A stretch of DNA of 64,000 bases from Eubacterium sp. AM49-13BH (GTDB lineage Bacteria; Bacillota_I; Bacilli_A; Erysipelotrichales; Erysipelotrichaceae). The notes beneath the pieces are model-generated. The model had not been told where the DNA came from. It searched no databases and worked only from the letters and a program-made list of their open reading frames with translations. A program made the translations under genes and the position numbers. The DNA lies in contig CAVJMM010000002.1 of assembly GCA_963650865.1 (NCBI GenBank), forward strand, positions 700 to 64,699, in the 5' to 3' direction. This document shows positions 55,955-64,000 of this stretch, piece by piece. Position 1 is the first letter of the stretch, and the number at the start of each line of letters is the position of its first letter.

Positions 55955-56921
55955 TGTAATTTTAAAAGTAGAAAATCTAAAGACTTACTTCGATGTTACA
56001 AAAGGTGTTTTCGCAAAGAAGCAAATTGTTAAAGCGGTAGATGATGTTAGCTTTGAAGTGATGAAAAATGAAACGTTTGGACTTGTAGGGGAGTCTGGAT
56101 GTGGAAAGAGTACTTTAGGTAGAACAATCGTAAAACTATATGATCCTACAGAAGGTTCTATTAACTTTGAAGGAAAAGATATTTCTAAGATCAAAGGGAA
56201 GGAATTGAAAGCATATCGAAAAGACATGCAGATGATTTTCCAAGATCCATATGCTTCTTTGAATCCTAGAATGACAGTTGGTGAAATTATCAAAGAACCA
56301 ATGAAAATCTTTAACATCTATGATACAGATGCAGAAAGAGAAGCTAGAGTCAGAGAACTATTAGATATCGTTTCTTTAAAACCTGACCATATTCGTAGAT
56401 ATCCTGCAGAATTCTCTGGTGGTCAAAGACAACGTATTGGAATTGCTAGAGCGTTAGCAGTAAATCCAAAGTTTATTGTTTGTGATGAACCAATTAGTGC
56501 ATTGGATGCTTCTATTCAAGCGCAGGTCATCAACTTATTGAAACACATTCAAAAAGAAATGGGAATTTCCTATATCTTTATTGCCCATGATTTGGGTATG
56601 GTAAAACATATCAGTGATCGTATTGGTGTTATGTATCTTGGACACTTAGTAGAATGTGGTCCTAGTGACGCAGTTTATCACACACCATTACATCCATATA
56701 CACAAGCACTTCTCTCTGCGATTCCAATTCCGGATCCAGATGTTGCGAAGGCAAAACAGAGAATTGTCTTGGAAGGTGAAATTCCTTCACCAATCAACAC
56801 ACCTGCGGGTTGTCCATTTGCATCTAGATGTCCTCGAGCAACGGAAAGATGTAAAAAGGAAACACCAAAGTCTATTCAACTTGGTGAACGTAGTGTTGCT
56901 TGTTTCTTATATGAAAAGTGA
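55947..56921 (+). CDS. Opp/Dpp-type peptide ABC transporter ATP-binding protein (OppF-like)
   Basis: Walker A GESGCGKST, signature FSGGQRQR and Walker B FIVCDEPISALD. Confidence 0.92.
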   Translation: MSDVILKVENLKTYFDVTKGVFAKKQIVKAVDDVSFEVMKNETFGLVGESGCGKSTLGRTIVKLYDPTEGSINFEGKDISKIKGKELKAYRKDMQMIFQDPYASLNPRMTVGEIIKEPMKIFNIYDTDAEREARVRELLDIVSLKPDHIRRYPAEFSGGQRQRIGIARALAVNPKFIVCDEPISALDASIQAQVINLLKHIQKEMGISYIFIAHDLGMVKHISDRIGVMYLGHLVECGPSDAVYHTPLHPYTQALLSAIPIPDPDVAKAKQRIVLEGEIPSPINTPAGCPFASRCPRATERCKKETPKSIQLGERSVACFLYEK

Positions 56922-56938
56922 AAAGGAGAGAAAAAATT

Positions 56939-58570
56939 ATGAACAAGGTATTGAAATCCGTATTATCTGCGTCAATGGCACTTGGTTTAGCTGCTTGCTC
57001 CAGTAGCTCAGGTTCCACTGCCGCAACATCCACTTCTGGTAGTAGTGTACTCAAAGTCGCTATCGGTGGTGAATCTAACTATCCAGATGCAGCAATTGCT
57101 TCTGATAGTATCACAGGTAGTGTTACAATGTTGACACAAACAGTTCTTTATCGATTAACTTCTTCAGGCGATATTGAACCAGCTGCTGCAACTGGCTATG
57201 ATGTCAGTGATGATGGTCTTACATATACATTCCATCTAAGAGATGGCCTTAAGTGGAGTGATGGTTCTGACTTAACAGCGAAAGACTTTGAATATGGTGT
57301 TAAGAGATCTCTAGGTATGAGCGTAGCTGATGCTGGATTTAACACATATATTTCTAACTATCTAAAGAATGGTGATAAATATAACGAAAATAACGCTGTA
57401 TCTGAAATGACAGATCTTGGTGTTGAAGCTACAGATGATACAACACTTGTATTCACACTTCAAAAACCATGTGATTACTTCCCATGCTTAACAACATTAG
57501 GTGTTTATTCACCAGCTAAGGAAGGTTCTTATACAGAACATGATTATACATGGGCTGATGATACATCTATCCCTGTATCTGGACCATATAAGATCACATC
57601 TATTGACCGTTCTACAGAAATCGTATTGGAAAAGAATGAGTATTGGTATGATGCTGAAAACGTAACAACAGATGAAATCGATTATGAAGTAATCACAGAT
57701 ACATCTGCACAATTGATGGCTTATCAGAATGGTGAAGTTGATTTCGCAACAAGCTTAGATACTTCTGTCATCAACCAATATGAAGGTCAAGAAGATCTTG
57801 TATTACCAGGTGGTGTTATCAACTACTATGTTGAACTTTATACAGCTGATGGAACAACATGTGAAGCGTTGGCTGATAAGGATATCCGTAAGGCAATTTC
57901 TGAAGGTGTTAACCGTGAAGAAATGTGTAATGCTTTAGATGCTGGTGATCTTTATGTTCCACTTTATGGCTTCGTTCCAAAGGGACTTCCTGGAGGAGCT
58001 GATGGATCTGACTTCCGTACAGAAGGTGGCGATTTGATTACTGAAGATCAAGCAGATGCTAAGAAGATCATGGAAAGCAAAGGATATACAGAAGACAATC
58101 CACTAGAAATCGAATACTACTACAATGATTCTTCTATCCACTCAACAGTTGCACAAGTATTACAACAACAACTTGCTAAGATCAACATCAAGTTAACTCT
58201 AAAGACTGGTGAAATCAGAACATTCTTCTCAGATCGTACAAATGGTAACTTCCAAGCAGCTAGAAACGCTTATTCAGCTGACTACATGGATGTATCTAAC
58301 TATCTAAGTCTATGGACATATGATACACAATCCACAAAGGTTACTTCTGATGAAAAGTATGATGAACTATATTACGCTGCTGAAAACACAACAGATCATG
58401 ATGAACGTTACAAGCTCTTACATGAAGCTGAAGAATACTTCATTAAAGAAATGAACTACAATGTTCCATTATTCCAATATGGTTCATTCTACCTATTAAG
58501 ATCTGGAATCACAGGTATTGAATTCACACCACAGGGTTCTGCTGATCTAACATACGTAAAATTATCTTAA
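56939..58570 (+). CDS. Peptide ABC transporter substrate-binding lipoprotein (family 5 SBP, OppA-like)
   Basis: Lipobox LGLAACSS after the ATG at 56939 (AAAAGGAGAG RBS). Size of about 543 aa and position after the opp ATPases. Confidence 0.88.
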   Translation: MNKVLKSVLSASMALGLAACSSSSGSTAATSTSGSSVLKVAIGGESNYPDAAIASDSITGSVTMLTQTVLYRLTSSGDIEPAAATGYDVSDDGLTYTFHLRDGLKWSDGSDLTAKDFEYGVKRSLGMSVADAGFNTYISNYLKNGDKYNENNAVSEMTDLGVEATDDTTLVFTLQKPCDYFPCLTTLGVYSPAKEGSYTEHDYTWADDTSIPVSGPYKITSIDRSTEIVLEKNEYWYDAENVTTDEIDYEVITDTSAQLMAYQNGEVDFATSLDTSVINQYEGQEDLVLPGGVINYYVELYTADGTTCEALADKDIRKAISEGVNREEMCNALDAGDLYVPLYGFVPKGLPGGADGSDFRTEGGDLITEDQADAKKIMESKGYTEDNPLEIEYYYNDSSIHSTVAQVLQQQLAKINIKLTLKTGEIRTFFSDRTNGNFQAARNAYSADYMDVSNYLSLWTYDTQSTKVTSDEKYDELYYAAENTTDHDERYKLLHEAEEYFIKEMNYNVPLFQYGSFYLLRSGITGIEFTPQGSADLTYVKLS

Positions 58571-58576
58571 TGAAAT

Positions 58577-58616
58577 AAACCAGGTTGCAGAGGCTGTAGC
58601 CTGGTTTCTGTTTTTT
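58577..58616 (+). terminator. Rho-independent terminator after the SBP gene
   Basis: AAACCAGG...CCTGGTTT stem followed by CTGTTTTTT. Confidence 0.65.
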
Positions 58617-58626
58617 GGAGGAAGTT

Positions 58627-60075
58627 ATGAAATTTGATTTAACAAAACCATATTGTTATTACTTTAATGAAATCACAAAGATTCCGCATGGTTCTTATAA
58701 TGAAAAAGGAATCAGTGATTATGTTGTTTCTTTTGCGAAAGAACATGCATTAAAATATGTACAAGATGAAAAAAATAATGTCATTATCTATAAAGATGCT
58801 TCTGAAGGATATGAAGAATATGATCCTTTAATGTTACAAGGACATTTAGATATGGTTTGTGAAGCAGTATCTGGTTTAGATTTTGATTTTGAAAAACAAC
58901 CAATTGAAACTTATGTTGATGAAGAAGGAAGATTGCGTGCAAAAGGTACAACATTAGGTGCAGATGATGGTATGGGTGTTGCGGAAATGTTAGCGATACT
59001 TGCGGATGATTCTTTAAAACATCCACCATTAGAATGTGTATTTACTGTACAAGAAGAAGTTGGCATGTTTGGTGCATTTGCATTGGATCGTTCTTTGCTT
59101 CATTCACATCGTATGATTTCTTTAGACGGTGGTGGAGAAGTTGTCACTGCTGTTTCAAGTGCAGGTGGTGTGAATGTCATTAATACGATTCCTTGTACAT
59201 TTGTAAAAAATACAAAATCAACATATTCTTTAAAAGTAACAGGATTACTTGGTGGACATTCTGGTGGAGAAATCCATAAAGAAAGAGGTAACGCAAATAA
59301 ACTTGTGACACGAATTCTAAAAGAAATGATGAAAGAAGTTGATGTTTCTTTGATTTCAATTGATGGTGGTACAAAGGATAACGCAATCACTAGAGAATCC
59401 ATTGCGATATTTAGTAGTAATGCATCTGAAGAACAATTGCATTCATTGGTTGAACAACTAACTAATAAAATCTATGTAGAATTTGAAGATTCGGATCCTG
59501 GTTTGAAAAGTGAATTGTTAAAAGTAGATCAGAAAGAAAAATGTATGGATGAAACAAGTACGAAAAACGTCATTGATTATATGTATCTTGTTCCAAATGG
59601 TTTTCAACATCGTTCAACAGTAATTGAAGGATTAACAATCACAAGTTTAAATCTTGGAATCGTTAAAACTGAAGAGGATAAAGTGATTTGTAATTCTTCC
59701 GTTCGAAGTGCATTAGAAGAAGCGATGGATGATTATATCGATCATTTAAAAACACTTGCGGGATATACAGGTGGAAGTGTTACCACCTTTGCACGTTATC
59801 CTGGTTGGAAGTATGATGAAAATTCTAAAATCAGAAAAACATTTAAAGAAGTACTTGCGAAGTTGTATGATGGAAAAGAGCTCATCGAAAGAGCAGGACA
59901 TGGTGGATTAGAGTGTGCAGTATTCACACAAATTGAGGGTGGTATGGACATTATTACTTGTGGGCCTGTTTCAGAAGGCTGCCATACACCAGATGAATTT
60001 TTAGATTTAGCTAGTTTTGATAGAACATATGAATTGTTAACAACGATCATTGCGAGCGTAGATAGGAAGGCATAA
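58627..60075 (+). CDS. pepD: Aminoacyl-histidine dipeptidase (PepD, M20C)
   Basis: Y(F)xEITKIPHGS N-terminus, LQGHLDMV, GADDGMGVA and TVQEEVGM metal-ligand motifs. GGAGGA RBS before the ATG at 58627. Confidence 0.85.
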   Translation: MKFDLTKPYCYYFNEITKIPHGSYNEKGISDYVVSFAKEHALKYVQDEKNNVIIYKDASEGYEEYDPLMLQGHLDMVCEAVSGLDFDFEKQPIETYVDEEGRLRAKGTTLGADDGMGVAEMLAILADDSLKHPPLECVFTVQEEVGMFGAFALDRSLLHSHRMISLDGGGEVVTAVSSAGGVNVINTIPCTFVKNTKSTYSLKVTGLLGGHSGGEIHKERGNANKLVTRILKEMMKEVDVSLISIDGGTKDNAITRESIAIFSSNASEEQLHSLVEQLTNKIYVEFEDSDPGLKSELLKVDQKEKCMDETSTKNVIDYMYLVPNGFQHRSTVIEGLTITSLNLGIVKTEEDKVICNSSVRSALEEAMDDYIDHLKTLAGYTGGSVTTFARYPGWKYDENSKIRKTFKEVLAKLYDGKELIERAGHGGLECAVFTQIEGGMDIITCGPVSEGCHTPDEFLDLASFDRTYELLTTIIASVDRKA

Positions 60076-60076
60076 G

Positions 60077-60646
60077 ATGAAAAAAGGATTAGTTGTAATT
60101 TTAAGTGGTGCTTGTTCAGTAGGAAAACATGATCTTACAGATCGCTTATTGAATGATAAAGATTTAGATTTGATGTATTCTGTTTCTTTGACAACAAGAC
60201 CAAAGAAAGAATCTGAAGTGGATGGAAAAGATTATTATTTCGTTGATTTCCAAAGCTTTGCGGAAGCAGTAAAAAAGCATCAATTGTTAGAATATACTGA
60301 ATTTAATGGTTGGTATTATGGAACACCAAAAAATCAAGTGGAGTTTTTAAGAGATTCTGGAAAGAATGTTTTGATTACAGTAGAAGCACAAGGGGTTGGA
60401 CCAATTAAATTAGAATTGCCAGATGCATTGGCTATCTTTATTACACCTGCTTCTATTGAAGAGTTAGAATCTAATATTCATGAAATCTATCAAGATGAAG
60501 ATGCAAGTGCACAACGTCGTATCAATAAGGCAAAAATGGACATGGAATTAGCTCCATTATTCACAAATGTTGTAAAGAGTGATGATGCTGATAAAACATA
60601 TGAAGAAGTAAAACATATGATTTTAGAAGCAATGAAGGATGAATAA
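60077..60646 (+). CDS. Guanylate kinase family protein (atypical P-loop)
   Basis: The overall Gmk layout is present (SxTTRPxRxxExxGxDYxF: SLTTRPKKESEVDGKDYYFV; EYTEFNGWYYGT). The P-loop reads SGACSVGKH rather than the usual GPSGxGK(S/G)T. Confidence 0.65.
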   Translation: MKKGLVVILSGACSVGKHDLTDRLLNDKDLDLMYSVSLTTRPKKESEVDGKDYYFVDFQSFAEAVKKHQLLEYTEFNGWYYGTPKNQVEFLRDSGKNVLITVEAQGVGPIKLELPDALAIFITPASIEELESNIHEIYQDEDASAQRRINKAKMDMELAPLFTNVVKSDDADKTYEEVKHMILEAMKDE

Positions 60647-60648
60647 AC

Positions 60649-61887
60649 ATGTATTCTAAAGAAATGTTAAATCGTTATGCAGATGTTCTTTTAGAAAAAG
60701 GTGTCAATCTGCAACAAGGACAATATTTGTTACTACAATGTTGTCCGGATTCGTTAGAACTTGCGGAAATTGTATGTGAAAAAGCACTTCAAAAAGGTGC
60801 GAAAGATGTTCATATTTCCATTAATGATCCAAACGTTGATCATTTGCGTGCAAAGTATTTGACGCCTGAACAATGTAAGAAAGTCATGGAATGGGAAAAA
60901 GAAGAACTAGATTCTTATTTAAGAGAAGATTGTGTGCAACTCGGAATCATGGGAACTTATCCTACTCTTTTTGAAGATGTAGAGGATGAAAATGCCATGG
61001 CAATCGCACAAGCAAAAAATGAAGTGCGTAATGTTGTTCGTAAATATATTCATGATGGTTCTTTACAATGGACAGGAACAGCGTATCCAACAAAACAATG
61101 GGCAAAACAAGTATATCCAGAGATGAATGAAGAAGATGCACTTGCACAACTAGAAAAAGATATTGCGCATATGATGCGTTTAGATACAGAGGATCCTTGT
61201 AAGGCTTGGGATGAACATTGTTCAAAACTAAGAAGTGTTGGTGATAAATTAAATGCCTATCAATTTGAAAAATTACATCTTACAAGTGAACTTGGAACAG
61301 ATCTTACAGTTGGCCTTGTAGAAAATCATATTTGGTGTTCTGCAGCAGATATGGGTGAAGCAAATGTTAGAGCGAAGTATATTGCCAATATGCCTACAGA
61401 AGAAATCTTTACAGATCCACATTGTGATAAAGTCAATGGAATTGCATATGCTTCCAAGCCTTTGGTCATCAATGGAAAATTAGTTAAAGATTTTTGGATC
61501 AAGTTTGAAGATGGTCTAGCAGTTGATTGTGGTGCGAGTCAAAATGTCGAATTCTTAAAAGACGCGTTATTTCATGATGAAAGAACAAGAAGACTTGGAG
61601 AAGTTGCATTGGTTTCGAAACAATCTCCAATCAATCAAATGCGTCGTTTATTCTACAATGGTTTGATTGATGAAAATGCCGCAAGTCATTTAGCTTTTGG
61701 TTCTAGCTTTCCAACAAATATTCAAAATGGAATTTCAATGAATGAAGAAGAACTAATTGCACATGGTGTTAATGTAGCATCTAGTCATCATGATTTTATG
61801 GTTGGTACAGAACATTATCATGTGGAAGGTGTCACAAAAGATGGTGAAGTTGTTGTCATCATGGATGAAGGTGACTTTGTATTATGA
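60649..61887 (+). CDS. Aminopeptidase, M29 (AmpS/PepS) family
   Basis: M29-type N-terminus (L.RYADVLLEKGVNLQQGQ) and conserved EE, HLAFG and HxDF segments. Confidence 0.8.
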   Translation: MYSKEMLNRYADVLLEKGVNLQQGQYLLLQCCPDSLELAEIVCEKALQKGAKDVHISINDPNVDHLRAKYLTPEQCKKVMEWEKEELDSYLREDCVQLGIMGTYPTLFEDVEDENAMAIAQAKNEVRNVVRKYIHDGSLQWTGTAYPTKQWAKQVYPEMNEEDALAQLEKDIAHMMRLDTEDPCKAWDEHCSKLRSVGDKLNAYQFEKLHLTSELGTDLTVGLVENHIWCSAADMGEANVRAKYIANMPTEEIFTDPHCDKVNGIAYASKPLVINGKLVKDFWIKFEDGLAVDCGASQNVEFLKDALFHDERTRRLGEVALVSKQSPINQMRRLFYNGLIDENAASHLAFGSSFPTNIQNGISMNEEELIAHGVNVASSHHDFMVGTEHYHVEGVTKDGEVVVIMDEGDFVL

Positions 61888-63236
61888 ATATCTCAAAGGA
61901 AGACTTTTTAACGGATATTCCAAGTGTTGATGATTTGTCTGAAAAACTGGTATCTTATCGGAAAGAATGTGAAATCATTGATCAATGGTTAGTAAAGAGA
62001 TTGGATACGATTTTACCAGTTATCATGAAAAGAGAAGGAATTGATACATGGGTTATCTGCAACAATGAACACAATGAAGATCCTGTCTTTCGTACATTAT
62101 CACCTGCTTTGATGATGAGTGCTAGAAGATTGACAATCTTAGTCATGCATTTGAATGAAGATGGCATAGTTGAAAGATATTCTTTTACACATCCTGTTCC
62201 TGATATTGCACATCTATATACACCTTGTTGGTTGAATCCAAAAGATGCAGTATGGGGAAATGATAAATATTTCCTGGAAAATAAAAAAGGTGTGAAAGTT
62301 TCTGAGGTACCAGAAACACAATGGGAATGTTTTGGTAGAGTCATTCATGAATTAAAACCGAAAAAGATTGGCTTAAATTATTCTGAATATGATGCGTATG
62401 CGGATGGATTGTCTCATAGTTTATATCAAAAAGTAATGAATTCTCTCTATCCAGAAGACAAAGATAAAGTTGTATCAGCTGAGCCACTCTGTATTGGGTG
62501 GTTAGAAACAAGATTAGATGAAGAATTGGATGCTTATAATGGTATTGTACAAATTGCACATGCGTTGATCAAAGAAGCATATTCCTCTAGAGTGATTCAT
62601 CCAGGCATTACAACAAATGATGATGTTCGTTTTTGGATGATGGAAAAAGCGAGAAGTTTAGGATTAGAACCATGGTTTGATTTTGAAACTTCTATCATAC
62701 GAAAAGAGGAAGAGATTGAAGGTGAAGCAGTTATTAAACCAGGGGATGTATTACATTGTGATATTGGATTTCGTTATTTAGGATTGTGTACAGATACACA
62801 GGAAATGGCGTATATTCTCAAAAATGATGAAATCGATGCACCAGAAGAATTAAAAGATGCAATGAAAATAGTGAATCAACTACAAGATATTACATTACAA
62901 CAATTTGGAGTTGGGAAAACTGGAAATGAAGTTCTAAAACAAGCAAGAGAAGAAGCAATCAAACAAGGAATTGAACCTTGTATCTATTCTCATCCATTAG
63001 GCTTTGATGGCCATGCAGCAGGTCCTACGATTGGTTTGTGGGATCATCAAGATGGTGTTGAACATGAAGGAGATTATGTCATTCATGATCATACTTGTTA
63101 TTCTTTAGAACTCAACGCAACGGTAGAATTTTTTGGGAAAAAGCAGATATTCAGTATGGAATCTGATATCATGATTCGAGATAACAAAAAATATTTCTTA
63201 GCTGGAAGGCAAACAAATTTTCATTTAGTGAAATAG
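61884..63236 (+). CDS. M24 family metallopeptidase (Xaa-Pro peptidase-like)
   Basis: Pita-bread fold motifs are present: DVLHCDIG..(D), GHPLG-like HPLGFDGH, and E residues near the C-terminus. The N-terminal domain is atypical. Confidence 0.65.
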   Translation: MNISKEDFLTDIPSVDDLSEKLVSYRKECEIIDQWLVKRLDTILPVIMKREGIDTWVICNNEHNEDPVFRTLSPALMMSARRLTILVMHLNEDGIVERYSFTHPVPDIAHLYTPCWLNPKDAVWGNDKYFLENKKGVKVSEVPETQWECFGRVIHELKPKKIGLNYSEYDAYADGLSHSLYQKVMNSLYPEDKDKVVSAEPLCIGWLETRLDEELDAYNGIVQIAHALIKEAYSSRVIHPGITTNDDVRFWMMEKARSLGLEPWFDFETSIIRKEEEIEGEAVIKPGDVLHCDIGFRYLGLCTDTQEMAYILKNDEIDAPEELKDAMKIVNQLQDITLQQFGVGKTGNEVLKQAREEAIKQGIEPCIYSHPLGFDGHAAGPTIGLWDHQDGVEHEGDYVIHDHTCYSLELNATVEFFGKKQIFSMESDIMIRDNKKYFLAGRQTNFHLVK

Positions 63237-63246
63237 GAGGAAAACA

Positions 63247-63615
63247 ATGAAAGAAATCGTAACAAAGAATGCACCTGCCGCAATTGGACCATATGCGCAA
63301 GGCTATGTAACAAAAGACTTTGTCTTTACTTCAGGGCAATTAGGTGTTGATCCTACAACAGGCGAAGCGCCAGAGGGTATTGCAGCACAAGCTGAATGGT
63401 CTTGTAAGAATGTCAGTGCTATTTTAGAAGAAGCTGGAAGTGATGCAACAAAAGTGATTAAAACAACATGTTTTTTAGCTGATATGAATGATTTTGCGGC
63501 ATTCAATGAAGTATACGCAAAATATTTCACAGGAAAACCTGCAAGAAGTTGTGTAGCTGTCAAAACATTACCTAAGGGTTTGTTGTGTGAAATTGAAGCT
63601 GTTGCAGAATTGTAA
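63247..63615 (+). CDS. ridA: RidA family reactive-intermediate deaminase (YjgF/L-PSP)
   Basis: APAAIGPYAQG, FTSGQLG and PARSCVAV..LP....EIEAVA motifs. 122 aa. Confidence 0.9.
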   Translation: MKEIVTKNAPAAIGPYAQGYVTKDFVFTSGQLGVDPTTGEAPEGIAAQAEWSCKNVSAILEEAGSDATKVIKTTCFLADMNDFAAFNEVYAKYFTGKPARSCVAVKTLPKGLLCEIEAVAEL

Positions 63616-63632
63616 GCAAAATGAAATTTTAT

Positions 63633-63671
63633 AAGTTACACTTTGGCAAAGGTGTAACTTGTTTTTGTTTT
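63633..63671 (+). terminator. Rho-independent terminator after ridA
   Basis: AAGTTACAC...GTGTAACTT 9-bp stem followed by GTTTTTGTTTT. Confidence 0.6.
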
Positions 63672-63714
63672 CACAACCTTTAAACTAAAAGTATGAAAAA
63701 GGAGTGTTTAATCA

Positions 63715-64000
63715 ATGGCAAACAAAATTTCATTAAATCCTACATCTTATCATGGTGCAGGTGCAATCAATGAGATTGCAACAGAAATCAAAGGACATGG
63801 CTTCAAGAAAGCTTTTGTCGCAAGTGATCCAGATTTAGTTAAGTTCGGTGTTACAGGTAAGGTTACAGATATTTTAGATAAAGAAAATATTCCTTGGGAA
63901 CTTTACAGCAATATCAAACCAAACCCAACAATTGAAAATGTTAAGACTGGTGTAGAAGCATTCAAAAACAGTGGTGCTGATGTCATCGTTGCGATTGGTG
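63715..64000 (+). CDS. Iron-containing alcohol dehydrogenase (lactaldehyde/propanediol reductase-like), N-terminal part, truncated by the window end
   Basis: AAAAAGGAG RBS. The N-terminus ..YHGAGAINEIATEIKGHGFKKAFVASDPDLVKFG.. and later NPTIENV are typical of Fe-ADH family proteins. Confidence 0.7.
   Translation, partial: MANKISLNPTSYHGAGAINEIATEIKGHGFKKAFVASDPDLVKFGVTGKVTDILDKENIPWELYSNIKPNPTIENVKTGVEAFKNSGADVIVAIG

Overview
The window is an A+T-rich chromosomal segment that looks like a low-GC Firmicutes (Bacillota) genome. All protein calls come from reading the supplied translations for motifs, not from database searches. Most of it is ordinary housekeeping and nutrient-utilisation DNA. 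Recognisable core genes include typA, secA, prfB, lgt, rpiB, comFA/comFC, an ispD-like gene and a tRNA-Ile/tRNA-Ala pair. There is a glycan-utilisation operon (GH36-like alpha-galactosidase, GPH symporter, GH2, TetR). A MarR-controlled pair of ABC exporters and an [FeFe]-hydrogenase-like protein are also present. A long peptide-catabolism block runs from an M19 dipeptidase through an Opp/Dpp BCDFA transporter to PepD, M29, M24 and RidA, with PepT encoded separately further upstream at 29624-30847. The stand-out feature is a compact, visibly GC-richer insertion of about 1.7 kb at roughly 12640-14375. It sits between a Crp/Fnr-family regulator gene and the convergent alpha-galactosidase gene. 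It is bounded by two near-identical imperfect hairpins in direct orientation. It starts with about 330 nt of stop-rich, densely stem-forming non-coding sequence. A 449-aa ORF follows directly, with PLMP-like, split RuvC, Arg-rich bridge-helix and HNH motifs. I read this as a non-autonomous IS200/IS605-type OMEGA element encoding an IscB RNA-guided nuclease and its upstream omegaRNA (HEARO-type RNA). No TnpA, CRISPR array or cas genes are present in the window. Secondary observations are listed as findings. They include an unlisted 48-codon zinc-ribbon ORF and perfect palindromic operator candidates upstream of the marR and crp-family genes. They also include a YhfY/YhfT/YhfU-like PRD-membrane-DUF2620 cluster and a 440-bp ORF-less intergenic region with a strong SD and an 8-codon mini-ORF.
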